Shown piece by piece: positions 8,764 through 18,028 of a stretch of DNA of 20,000 nucleotides (the stretch's first letter is position 1; every line of letters starts with the position of its first letter). The stretch lies in assembly GCA_025839675.1 (NCBI GenBank), contig CP104013.1:850736-870735 (forward strand), in the 5' to 3' direction. The DNA comes from Candidatus Lokiarchaeum ossiferum. Lineage in GTDB: Archaea > Asgardarchaeota > Lokiarchaeia > Sigyniarchaeales > Promethearchaeaceae. Both the position numbers and the translations under genes were made by a program. The notes under the pieces are model-generated. The model was not told where the DNA came from, did no database searches, and was given only the letters and a program-made list of their open reading frames with translations.

Positions 8764-9529
8764 TTACCGTAGGAGATTCATTCCTGGTTCTATGCCCGTC
8801 GGAGCGACTTTCGACACTTTCATCATTGCGACACTAGAAATTAAAACGATCATCACATTATCATTTCCAGCAATTTCGTGCGTTGTTGCATCAAGCAACA
8901 CAAAAAATCGCACAATTTCACCAGCATCTAAAATAGTGTTGGAGTGTACTTCATCATAGAATGCCATGCCATATGTATTATTTATGGCTGCACTATTCCA
9001 AAAATACGCTTCATCATTTAGAGCAGAATTATATGATAATCTTGACTCATTTAGCGAACCAATGAACACAGAAACTTCAATGGCAGATTCTGACAGATCA
9101 ACTTCACCCGTACCTAAGACTAAACGCATATTCCATACAAGCCCTTCGAGTTTACTATTTCCATCAGCGTCGTAACCTACGACGAGTCCGCCCTCTACTA
9201 TCATGAATTTTTCCACAGATTTATTTTTGTGTGTGAATAAAATTTTGCATGGCAGATGAAGCTTGCTGCAGTGCCTGTTGCCCCGTTGCACTGAGTTGTT
9301 GTTGTAATGTTGATCCCATAGTGAGGATTACAAATGCAACTCCAGCTGCAGTGATTATAAAGGCAATCAAGATGATTGCGGCGGTCATCCCTTCATTTGC
9401 TTTTCGACCTTTTTTGGTACGGCGACGTCTGATCCGGGCGTTGGTTGCTTTATCGGCATTAATCTTGCGGATTTCCTGACGAGAATCGCAAGAACTTGAT
9501 TGCAATTTGCTGCTCATAACAGATTTCAC
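8764..9529 (-). CDS. Archaellin/type IV pilin-like structural protein, apparently frameshifted: N-terminal part 9221..9529, C-terminal part 8764..~9228 in another frame
   Basis: N-terminal frame has KKGRKANEG|MTAAIILIAFIITAAGVAFVILTMGSTLQQQLSATGQQALQQASSAMQNFIHTQK-stop, a class III signal peptide-like sequence plus the archaellin alpha-helix. The adjacent frame continues NKSVEKFMIVEGGLVVGYDADGNSKLEGLVWNMRLVLGTGEVDLSESAIEVSVF. Removing one A from the A5 run at 9224-9228 joins them. Confidence 0.75.
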
Positions 9530-9667
9530 CTGTTTAATTTTTGGCCACTTGAGTCATCTTACAACTAGCGTAGGATTTGTCCAGTTCCAAATTTTATTCA
9601 ATTCTTGAGACAAAGGTTAATACTTAAAGACAATTATTAGAAAAATTCTAAAAAAAATGATTTCATC

Positions 9668-11449
9668 TTAGAGAATTGCAACACCAAAACCACCAATCAA
9701 CTCACCAGCTACTTGACTGATCACAATAATCTCTAAACCCGCAATAATATAATATTGAGACAAGTATTTGGTAACTTTCATCCAAGTACCTCGTTGAGGA
9801 ATAATTATGGCCAGACAAGCGTAAATTGGCATAGTTAAATAATAGATGGTGAAATACAAATCAGTAAAAAATGCAGGAGGTGGTTTACCTAACTGTAAAT
9901 TCATCCCTTGGACATCTTGCAGAGCACCCATTGTGACATTCAATAGGAAAAGAACATCTTTCATAAAGATCATAATCCCAATATTAATAATAGTGAGCAT
10001 CAGTAAAGTCCCTTTGAAGACCCCAATTACCTGCTGCCTATCCCGACGGAGCTTCAATATTTTTTCAACATTGGTTGAGATAAATTTGGATATTATTTCG
10101 GTATTACCTCCTATATCTAAACTAGAAGTAAAAATTCGAAGAAAACGATCAATAATACTGCTGGATGTGCTATCAGAAAACCATTGCCACGCAATAATCG
10201 GATCAATCCCAAATTTTGATTGGGTGTATAATAATTTAATATCAGTAGTCAAAGGACCAAATTGTTCCCGAGAGATGATGTTAACAGAATCAAAAATGCT
10301 TCCTCCTAATAATGCTGTTGTAGCGCCCAAAGTGCGAATAAAAACGGGGAAATTAGCATCCCGTCGTTTTATAATATCTTCAAATTTTTCAGCAACATAA
10401 CCAGGATAAAACATGGAGATTCCAAATATGATCATGAAAACTGGGAGAGAGATCACAGAATTACCGTCAGCATCTTTTAGAAAGAAAGTAATGAATGCCA
10501 AAATTGGCATGAAAACAAAAACACAGATTAAAAAGGAATAAAGAACTTTTTCGTACTCAGCGGTTTTCCTTTGAATATTCACCAAACCATCTTTGGGGGA
10601 GATCGCATAAAAGGCAACCATAAGAGCAATATAAACAAGTTCTATTACCCCCAAAATGAGAAATAAATTCCGAGTATTGGCAGCTTCATCACTTCCAAAA
10701 AGAAACATCATCAAAAGAAAGGTAATAGATATAAAACTCAATGAAGTGGAAAGTGCGGTAAACATATCGTTAAGTACCTCAAGGGATTTCAACTTGCGAG
10801 TATAATCCGAAATATAACCGTTTAAAACCGATTGCTGTTCTTTTAAGAAATAATCTTCTAAATTTTCACCCGCATCCAAAGCTTGGGAAAAACGGGAGAG
10901 AAAATCACCAAATCTGGAACTTGCTGTCGTAGCACTTACTTTTTTAATGCTATCTAAATATCCAAGATTCCACTCTTTCGCCATGGTACGAATTCGTTTT
11001 ACCTCTAAAGCAATTAGTCCAAAAGATTTTTCCCGACGACTTACATTCTCAAAAAGTTGATCTCGACTAGCTTTTGAGGTAGAAATACCACCCATATAGG
11101 TAACAAGCATAGGAAGAGCAGTATCAATTTGTTCTTGACGTAAAGAGCGTTTAAAATAGGGAAAGATAAAAACTATAATGAATCCAAGAAAAAAACATGA
11201 AATTGATAAAGGAAAAATTATCCCAGAAATCATAGGGCTCATTTCCAATAAAATTCCGATGATTATTCCGGACCCTAGACCACCCACTGTAATAGGGAGA
11301 AGAATTTTAAATAAATATTCACCTATGGATTTCTGTATTCCTGCTTGGATTAGTGTTTGTTGGAACGAATCAACAAGTTTCCGATAAACATCTTGCATTG
11401 TTTCTTTGAAACTTTGTTTTTTATTCTCTTCGTCTCGTTTTTCCATCAT
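9668..11449 (-). CDS. arlJ: Archaellum polytopic membrane platform protein
   Basis: 593-aa multi-TM T2SF/TadC-like protein (FPYFKRSLRQEQIDTALPMLVTYMGGIS..., GARTLGATTALLGGSIFD-like segment) immediately downstream of the arlI-like gene. Confidence 0.85.
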   Translation of the reverse strand: MMEKRDEENKKQSFKETMQDVYRKLVDSFQQTLIQAGIQKSIGEYLFKILLPITVGGLGSGIIIGILLEMSPMISGIIFPLSISCFFLGFIIVFIFPYFKRSLRQEQIDTALPMLVTYMGGISTSKASRDQLFENVSRREKSFGLIALEVKRIRTMAKEWNLGYLDSIKKVSATTASSRFGDFLSRFSQALDAGENLEDYFLKEQQSVLNGYISDYTRKLKSLEVLNDMFTALSTSLSFISITFLLMMFLFGSDEAANTRNLFLILGVIELVYIALMVAFYAISPKDGLVNIQRKTAEYEKVLYSFLICVFVFMPILAFITFFLKDADGNSVISLPVFMIIFGISMFYPGYVAEKFEDIIKRRDANFPVFIRTLGATTALLGGSIFDSVNIISREQFGPLTTDIKLLYTQSKFGIDPIIAWQWFSDSTSSSIIDRFLRIFTSSLDIGGNTEIISKFISTNVEKILKLRRDRQQVIGVFKGTLLMLTIINIGIMIFMKDVLFLLNVTMGALQDVQGMNLQLGKPPPAFFTDLYFTIYYLTMPIYACLAIIIPQRGTWMKVTKYLSQYYIIAGLEIIVISQVAGELIGGFGVAIL

Positions 11450-11485
11450 ATATCAGTTTGATTTGGTTATTTGACCATGATTAAC

Positions 11486-13273
11486 TTAGAGTGCGGCATC
11501 GTCTTCTTCCTTCATACGCCGTTTCATTGTATCTACTACTTCTTGAGGTAATTTCTTTTTGTTTTTATAAGTGGTTAATATTCGAAAGATAGTATGGTAA
11601 TTTTGAATTCCAAGTTCTCCAAACGCTTCTAGGATATGTCGTTTCGTGCGTAATTCGTCATAGAGCATTTTAATATCTTTTCGTTTTATTCCCCGTTTGA
11701 CTGCGATTTTTTGTTCAAATACATAGGATTGATTTCTAAATATATGAGTATCATCCCCTGCATCCCATGCAAAAAGCTCAACATACCTAAATTTATCTTT
11801 TTTTGGAAGATAATCAACTAATTCATTGCAAGAAATGCAACGACGTAATAATTTTCCCGTTTTTCCTTGAACTGCCATTTGTATATAGACAAGATCAAGT
11901 AAAGCAATAAATGCAGGAGGGACATTAATAGGCTTCCCAGTCATACGATTCACAAATGCTCGTACACTACCAGCGTGGAAAGTAGCAACCATCGGGTGAC
12001 CAGTTTGCATTGCTTGAAAAGCCATGTTTCCTTCTTCACCACGAATTTCTCCAATAATTATTAAATTTGGACGTTGTCTGAGAGCTGCCTTTACAAGAAG
12101 AAAAATATCCACGGGATTTCCAGCTGAAGCAGGACGGGTGACTTCTCGAGTCCAATTTTGGTGAGGCACTTTTACTTCTGGAGTATCTTCAATACTTACG
12201 ATTTTTGCATTAGGTCCAATAAAAGTGAGTAAGGCATTCAAAGAGGTCGTTTTTCCAGATGCAGTTTCACCAACAACCATCATAGAATGATGAGATTCCA
12301 GGGTCATCCATAAATATGCACATAATTGGGAACTAAGAGTGCCCCATCCAATAAGATTGACTACACTGATAACATCTTCACTAAACTTACGGATTGTGAA
12401 ATTTGATCCATGCATGGACACATCTGTTCCATAGACGATATTAATACGAGAGCCATCGGGTAAAGCAGCATCAACCACAGGATTGGAGTGGCTCGCAGGA
12501 CGTCCAGAACGTTCGCTAAGATATAGGGCAAACAAATCAAGTTCTTCATCCGTTTCAAATATAATGGTACTTTCAAGAGATTCAAAGATTTTATGTTCTA
12601 CAAAGAGTGGACCTTTCCCATTACAAGTTATATCTTCAATATATGGATCATTAATTAGTGGTTGGAGTTTTCCTAAACCAATCTTATTACGAATAAAATA
12701 ATAACGGACCCGTTCAGCGACGACGGGATCGAGCTTCAATTTGGAACTCTGTTTCAATTTGGACAGCAATTTCAAAATTGGATTTGAAGAATCTGTTTTT
12801 TCATAGGAAGTTCCTGATCCTCCACCACCGATGGAAGTATCAATTATACGAGCAGCAAACTTGTCATATAATTTAATATGATCTTCTTTATTCTCTGGAA
12901 TATCATTGTACTTAATCAAAGAGGTTAAGGTGGACATAATTTTTTCTTGAGCATCTGTAGTAGCTTGATTTAATGTAGGTTCTATTGAAGAATATAAGAT
13001 TCTGGAAGGCCCGGGATAAATATGTATAAATACAGGTCCATCTGCAGGGTATAAAACATTGGGATATTCCAATTTTTTATGCTTGCGCTCTAATTTTTCA
13101 ATATATACAGGCACCCCAATTTCTTCATTGTAGTTCTGAATTAAATAGTCCAGTACATGAGGGTATTTGGCAGTAATTTGCCTTAATACAACATTTTGAT
13201 TAATTTTGGCTTCTGCTTGGGCCATTTCTTGCGTGGACATTGTTTCTGTCATGTTTAATTCAGCATTCAACAA
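11486..13273 (-). CDS. arlI: Archaellum assembly/motor ATPase
   Basis: Type II/IV secretion ATPase: Walker A VVGETASGKTTSLNALL, IVSIEDTPEVKVPHQNWTREVTR, Walker B-like NLIIIGEIRGEEGNMAFQAMQTGHPMVATFHA. Confidence 0.92.
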   Translation of the reverse strand: MLNAELNMTETMSTQEMAQAEAKINQNVVLRQITAKYPHVLDYLIQNYNEEIGVPVYIEKLERKHKKLEYPNVLYPADGPVFIHIYPGPSRILYSSIEPTLNQATTDAQEKIMSTLTSLIKYNDIPENKEDHIKLYDKFAARIIDTSIGGGGSGTSYEKTDSSNPILKLLSKLKQSSKLKLDPVVAERVRYYFIRNKIGLGKLQPLINDPYIEDITCNGKGPLFVEHKIFESLESTIIFETDEELDLFALYLSERSGRPASHSNPVVDAALPDGSRINIVYGTDVSMHGSNFTIRKFSEDVISVVNLIGWGTLSSQLCAYLWMTLESHHSMMVVGETASGKTTSLNALLTFIGPNAKIVSIEDTPEVKVPHQNWTREVTRPASAGNPVDIFLLVKAALRQRPNLIIIGEIRGEEGNMAFQAMQTGHPMVATFHAGSVRAFVNRMTGKPINVPPAFIALLDLVYIQMAVQGKTGKLLRRCISCNELVDYLPKKDKFRYVELFAWDAGDDTHIFRNQSYVFEQKIAVKRGIKRKDIKMLYDELRTKRHILEAFGELGIQNYHTIFRILTTYKNKKKLPQEVVDTMKRRMKEEDDAAL

Positions 13274-13415
13274 TTCTCATGGAATTCATATTGAAGATGT
13301 AGAAATTGTTTCTAACCATCCAAGTAACCCTTTTTACTATATATTTGGGTTTTTAGAAATTTCTTCACAAAAAAATCAATTTTTTTATCTTAATTGAAAG
13401 AAAAAATGAAATAAT

Positions 13416-14177
13416 TTAAGCCGCAGAAATAACTGAAACCGCAATTCCAAAGGCAGAATCAATATTAAAGACAATTAATTGAGATATTTCATCTTGTGCT
13501 AACCATTTTAAAACTGAACACGCTTTGAAGGCCGTTCCATCTTCTTCTCGCTGTTCAAATCGAAGAATTAAGTCACATAAATTCATAAAATTTAATTCGA
13601 TATAGTCATATAACTCGGGGAAGTAAGTTGGAATAGTAATAATGACTGTTTTTCCACCAATGGTTAATCTTTTACACAATTCAAAGAAAAACATTACTTG
13701 TTTAGGATCAAAATTCTTTCCGACAAAATAAGTCAGGGAATCAATAATAATCACTTCGCTTTCAATGTTGGATATTAGATCAATTAACTTAAACATTACA
13801 TCAGGAGTACGTAGAACTTTTCCTGATTGAGACACAACAGGAATAATGTCAAACTGTCCAGTTAAAAAGAAATCTTCTGCTCTTTCCCAAGATAGAGAGA
13901 ACATATTTTGCACTAAACCTTTGACTGTCATCTCACTTGTGATATAGGAAACGGTCTTTCTACATCGCAAAGCACCATAAGCAATTTGTTGACACCATAC
14001 AGACTTCCCTGCCCCCATATCCCCAGCAAATACTGCAAGAGATCCACATTTTACTCCACCCCCCAGATTTCGATCCAATTCTTCATTCGTTGTGAGGAAA
14101 TATTCGGAGAAATCTTTTTCTGGCCCTTTTTTTTCTTCTTTATCTGCAAATGATTCCATAATTCTGTTTCCTCGCAT
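13416..14177 (-). CDS. arlH: Archaellum KaiC/RecA-like ATPase ArlH
   Basis: LGGGVKCGSLAVFAGDMGAGKSVWCQQIAYGAL (Walker A) and SEVIIIDSLTYF (Walker B). Gene order next to arlI/arlJ. Confidence 0.88.
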   Translation of the reverse strand: MRGNRIMESFADKEEKKGPEKDFSEYFLTTNEELDRNLGGGVKCGSLAVFAGDMGAGKSVWCQQIAYGALRCRKTVSYITSEMTVKGLVQNMFSLSWERAEDFFLTGQFDIIPVVSQSGKVLRTPDVMFKLIDLISNIESEVIIIDSLTYFVGKNFDPKQVMFFFELCKRLTIGGKTVIITIPTYFPELYDYIELNFMNLCDLILRFEQREEDGTAFKACSVLKWLAQDEISQLIVFNIDSAFGIAVSVISAA

Positions 14178-14192
14178 TAATTCGTAATGATC

Positions 14193-14729
14193 TTATGATA
14201 GGGTGTTATAAATAAATGAATCTCCGACCCCATTAGGGGTTGAAATTCGGTAATAATAGTATTGCTCCGCTATTGTTACATTAAACGTAATTGTGATATT
14301 TAAAAGCTCATGAGGATCCCAATAAGTGGGATTGTGGGACAAATCACCTAACATAGTAAACGACCAATAACATCCAGCACTGATAATTGCAGCACCTAAA
14401 TTCGAACTGGGAATCCATCTATCATAGACATATGGCCCACAATCAAGAACTTGAGTGACATTTGTAAAAACATCCATAGAGTCCAATTGATAAATAATTT
14501 CTGTTCCAATATTTTCTATCACTAAATTAATAGCCATTTCAGAAGGATCGCGCGAAGCATTAATTAATTGAATGCTTGTATGGATGCGAGAAAATTCCCG
14601 ATCGTAATTGTTTTCCTGAGCTTCTGTTATCAATTCATTAGAACTTTGAAAAGCTGAATAAAGCATAGATCCCACTAACAGAGTACAAAGAAATAACATT
14701 CCAAAGGAAATTGATACTGATTGTCCCAT
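14193..14729 (-). CDS. arlF: ArlF-like archaellum stator protein
   Basis: Single N-terminal hydrophobic helix (MGQSVSISFGMLFLCTLLVGSMLYSAF) and a beta-rich extracytoplasmic domain (AINLVIENIGTEIIYQLDSMDVF). Position next to arlH. Confidence 0.65.
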   Translation of the reverse strand: MGQSVSISFGMLFLCTLLVGSMLYSAFQSSNELITEAQENNYDREFSRIHTSIQLINASRDPSEMAINLVIENIGTEIIYQLDSMDVFTNVTQVLDCGPYVYDRWIPSSNLGAAIISAGCYWSFTMLGDLSHNPTYWDPHELLNITITFNVTIAEQYYYYRISTPNGVGDSFIYNTLS

Positions 14730-14764
14730 TTTTTTTCAAGTTTTTTTTATGTTCAAAGAAAATT

Positions 14765-15244
14765 TCAAATTGAAAATTGATAAATTTCACTAATTCCTGA
14801 TATAGCGATAACTATTTGATGAGAACCAGAATTAATTGACTCACCATCAGGAAAATACATGCGAACTATAATTGTCTCGAGTGGATCCCAAATATTGTTT
14901 CCATTGTCGTTCAAGATAGTTGCATTCCATCGAAAAAGACTTGTGTCCGCACTGTCAAGGTAATAATAGTCCCCATCTAAGAAGACATCCATTTCAGAGA
15001 AGGACCCCACAGATGCATCCCCAAGATTCTTCACATAACCATATATTGTTGAATTCCCCGCTTCTGTGTTTCCTATAGCAAGTACTTCAAAATCAGTATT
15101 AATTTGATTAGCAAAATTTTGACCGCTGTTGTTAATTGATGCACCTATTGCAGCCGCTACAGTAAAAGCCGCTGCGATGACAACTATAGTTGTTACAATC
15201 GACGCTGTAGACATTATTCCAGTTGATACTGCATTATCACTCAT
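14765..15244 (-). CDS. arlG: ArlG-like archaellum stator protein
   Basis: N-terminal helix IVTTIVVIAAAFTVAAAIGASINNSGQNFANQINTDFEVLAIGN, resembling the ArlG N-terminus, plus a beta-rich domain. First gene of the minus-strand cluster. Confidence 0.65.
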   Translation of the reverse strand: MSDNAVSTGIMSTASIVTTIVVIAAAFTVAAAIGASINNSGQNFANQINTDFEVLAIGNTEAGNSTIYGYVKNLGDASVGSFSEMDVFLDGDYYYLDSADTSLFRWNATILNDNGNNIWDPLETIIVRMYFPDGESINSGSHQIVIAISGISEIYQFSI

Positions 15245-15409
15245 ATAGAATACCTAAAAGGTTGACCTTTAGTTACTAGTTCTTAGTGAATTCCTTGCCA
15301 AATATTAAGAGTTTAAAATGATTTTTTGGAAAGATTTTGAAATAATTCTAAGGTCTTTTTTTGAAGGGAGAAATAATAGGGAGAAGATTGCATACTTTCG
15401 TTAATAGTC

Positions 15410-16819
15410 ATGACAGAAGCAAAAGATTTATTATTAGTTTGGATCGGTCAAGCGGGAGTAAATATTGCCGAAAGATTTTGGGCATATGCATATGAAACGC
15501 TAGGTATTCCAGTACCAATCAAAACGGGAGATATTCCCGCAGACATTGATAAGATGCTCGATAAGAAGTTAGAAATGACAGAATTCTATACAGAATACGA
15601 AATTGAAGAAGCACGTCGGATGTTCTTCTACAATCTGCTAGATGATAAAGATCGAGCTAGTAATAAACAAAAAAAATATATCCCGCGATCTATTTTTATT
15701 GATTTGGAAGCCCAACCAGTTCGGAGTTTTCATGAACGAAATTCCCATATTTTTCCAAAGGATGATTTTATCTACAATACATTCGGATCTCATTCAATGT
15801 GGGCACGGGCCAAGCGTATTGGTACCAATTTAAAACCATACATCCTTGATCGAATTCAATCTCTTATTCAAATGCGTGCGATTCAAAACTTAGAAGGCAT
15901 AATAATAATTCATGCAACGGGAGGTGGAGCAGGATCTGGACTTCTTGATAGTGTATTTGAAGTTCTGCAAGATAAGTTCCCAAAAGTCCCTACCCTCACT
16001 TTTTCAATTTTTCCAAGTCGAAAACTCAGTGGAAATGTTATTGAAGCATATAATACAATTTATGCAGCAAACAGTTTATTAGCAAATGCAAGTGCAACAG
16101 TGTTACTTGACAATGATAAAATAATTAATTTGGTAAAAGAAAAATATCAGATTGAATCACCCACTTATGAAGATATTAATATGATAATCTCTCGGTTAAT
16201 ATTCAGTGTGATTATGCAAATTGCAATGCCTGGTGCCATCATTCGGGCGGATTTCAATAAATTATTCACAAATTTAGTACCCTACAAATACATGAAATTT
16301 TTGTTAGCAGGTATTGCTCCCTTTAAATTTGATGAATTTTCTCAAAATTCTACAGAAGATCTAGTGAAAGAGCTCACTGATGAGCAGAATTATATGGCCG
16401 ATGTAAACTTTGGTACAGGTAAATATGTATCTACCATGTATTTCTTCATGGGAAAACTAGGTCCTGAAGTGAAAACTCCTCTCCGAATTGCCAAAGAAAA
16501 TATGGATTTTATGCCATGGATTCCGACTGGTATGTTCATAGGAATTACTCCACGAGAAAAAATGACCCTTGATGGGATGCCTCTTTTACGTCAAGGAATT
16601 GTTTTAGCAAATAATTCGGCAATGCGGTTTATATTTCAAAGAACTATGGCACAATTTCAAGTGATGTTTAATAAAGGTGCATTTATGCACCATTTTAAGA
16701 AAGAAAACATAGATGCGGAAAAAGAATTGAAACAAGCCGCAGCCAATATTACACGAATGATGAAATTTTATGAGATTGCAGAAAAATCTACAACTAAAAA
16801 ACGAACTGTTAAATCCTAA
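15410..16819 (+). CDS. Tubulin-family GTPase (artubulin/eukaryotic-tubulin-like)
   Basis: WIGQAGVNIAE (T1), PRSIFIDLEAQPV (T3 region), IIIIHATGGGAGSG (tubulin signature at 15920..15940), FSIFPSRKLSGNVIEAYN, LLDNDKI, PTYEDINMIISRL, ADFNKLFTNLVPYKYMKFLLAGIAPF (T7/H8), and a C-terminal FMHHFKKENIDAEKELKQAAANI helix. Length is 469 aa. Confidence 0.93.
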   Translation: MTEAKDLLLVWIGQAGVNIAERFWAYAYETLGIPVPIKTGDIPADIDKMLDKKLEMTEFYTEYEIEEARRMFFYNLLDDKDRASNKQKKYIPRSIFIDLEAQPVRSFHERNSHIFPKDDFIYNTFGSHSMWARAKRIGTNLKPYILDRIQSLIQMRAIQNLEGIIIIHATGGGAGSGLLDSVFEVLQDKFPKVPTLTFSIFPSRKLSGNVIEAYNTIYAANSLLANASATVLLDNDKIINLVKEKYQIESPTYEDINMIISRLIFSVIMQIAMPGAIIRADFNKLFTNLVPYKYMKFLLAGIAPFKFDEFSQNSTEDLVKELTDEQNYMADVNFGTGKYVSTMYFFMGKLGPEVKTPLRIAKENMDFMPWIPTGMFIGITPREKMTLDGMPLLRQGIVLANNSAMRFIFQRTMAQFQVMFNKGAFMHHFKKENIDAEKELKQAAANITRMMKFYEIAEKSTTKKRTVKS

Positions 16820-16847
16820 TTTTTTCCTTTCATTGTTTTCAATAAAA

Positions 16848-17738
16848 CTAAACATTGTTTAATTTCAGAACTCCATTAGAAATCGCTTTTTTTTCTATAT
16901 GATTAACAACATTGAAATATATTGTGATTTCATTCTCATTAACGATTTTTTTTAATACTTGAAGTTTAATTTCGGTTCCTGGAAGTACCATACCGGTAAA
17001 TTGGCAATATATTTCCTTAACATTTGAAGGATTCCCTCCAGATTCTCGGTTGATAATAGAACTTACAGCTATAGCCAGAGTAGCAGTCCCCTGTAAAATA
17101 TTACCGGGTAATTTAACAGAATGTGCAAATTTTGGAGAAGTATGAATTGGGAAGACTATATTTGTACATCCATCGTAGACATAGGGAAGACATAGATCAA
17201 TGAATATATCTTCAACCCATTCAGGTTTTCCTTGCCATTTGTTATCCAAATAGGACGGCATAGTGGGAAGGTTACTAATCTCTGCCCCTTCTGGAGAACA
17301 TTTCACACCTCGCAACATAATGCCTGTGTATTCGGTAAACACTCTATATCCTTTTCTGTCGGTGGCTTTAAATTCTCCAATAAAATGACTTCCCGCACGA
17401 TGAGGTTTTATCGCTGCAATCTGCCCTTCGATCTGTAGACGATCCTTGGGTTTAATCAACCTATGGACAATAATATGTTCTGAATAATGAACCCCACGGG
17501 CTAAAAAATGTTGAGGAAAGTTTTGATCGATGATAAATTCAGAAATATTTTCAATTATTGGCCAATTTACAACAACTGGAAAGAGTGGATGAGCTACGAG
17601 CCCACCCTTTTGTTCATCATCGAAATAATAAGGATTGGAATCTTTTATTGATGCAGCATAATTTGTGGTTTGTCGCCAAGTTACTCGCGTTTTATATGGT
17701 TTAAGGATAGTTCCAACATATTTTAAATCGAGTTCCAT
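16848..17738 (-). CDS. MaoC/hot-dog-fold dehydratase-like protein
   Basis: TRVTWRQTTNYAASIKDSNPYYFDD...LVAHPLFPV, HSEHIIVHRLIKPKDRLQIEGQI, and a second hot-dog half with HTSPKFAHSVKLPGNILQGTATLAIAVSSII. Confidence 0.75.
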   Translation of the reverse strand: MELDLKYVGTILKPYKTRVTWRQTTNYAASIKDSNPYYFDDEQKGGLVAHPLFPVVVNWPIIENISEFIIDQNFPQHFLARGVHYSEHIIVHRLIKPKDRLQIEGQIAAIKPHRAGSHFIGEFKATDRKGYRVFTEYTGIMLRGVKCSPEGAEISNLPTMPSYLDNKWQGKPEWVEDIFIDLCLPYVYDGCTNIVFPIHTSPKFAHSVKLPGNILQGTATLAIAVSSIINRESGGNPSNVKEIYCQFTGMVLPGTEIKLQVLKKIVNENEITIYFNVVNHIEKKAISNGVLKLNNV

Positions 17739-18028
17739 TCTATTCTAAATTGTATTTTCTGTTCATTTTAAACTTTACTTCACTGGAAAGGAGTAATATA
17801 CCAAAACTACTCGTATCTATTTCAGATTTGTAATAATCGAAGAAATTTTAAACTTCTATATTTGAAAGAAGAATCAATCATAAAAAATGCATTAGGAAAC
17901 ACCTTTCCATTTATAGAAGATTTATGTTTTTCACTAAAATTTTTACAAAATTTTTTTGCAAAATCATCTATATTAGTCGAAGGTGATAAATTTCTAGTAA
18001 TCCGGAGAATTTTTTTCTATTCGGAACG

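Noticed and set aside
9221-9291. Treating 8764..9291 (-) as an independent 175-aa gene starting at ATG 9291
   Set aside because: The first ~15 codons overlap the archaellin N-terminal frame, and the remainder reads as the missing mature domain. A frameshifted single gene is more economical.
9846-10400. 184-aa plus-strand ORF and others antisense to arlJ/arlI (11178..11387, 12483..12701)
   Set aside because: Antisense to well-supported conserved genes and without recognisable features.
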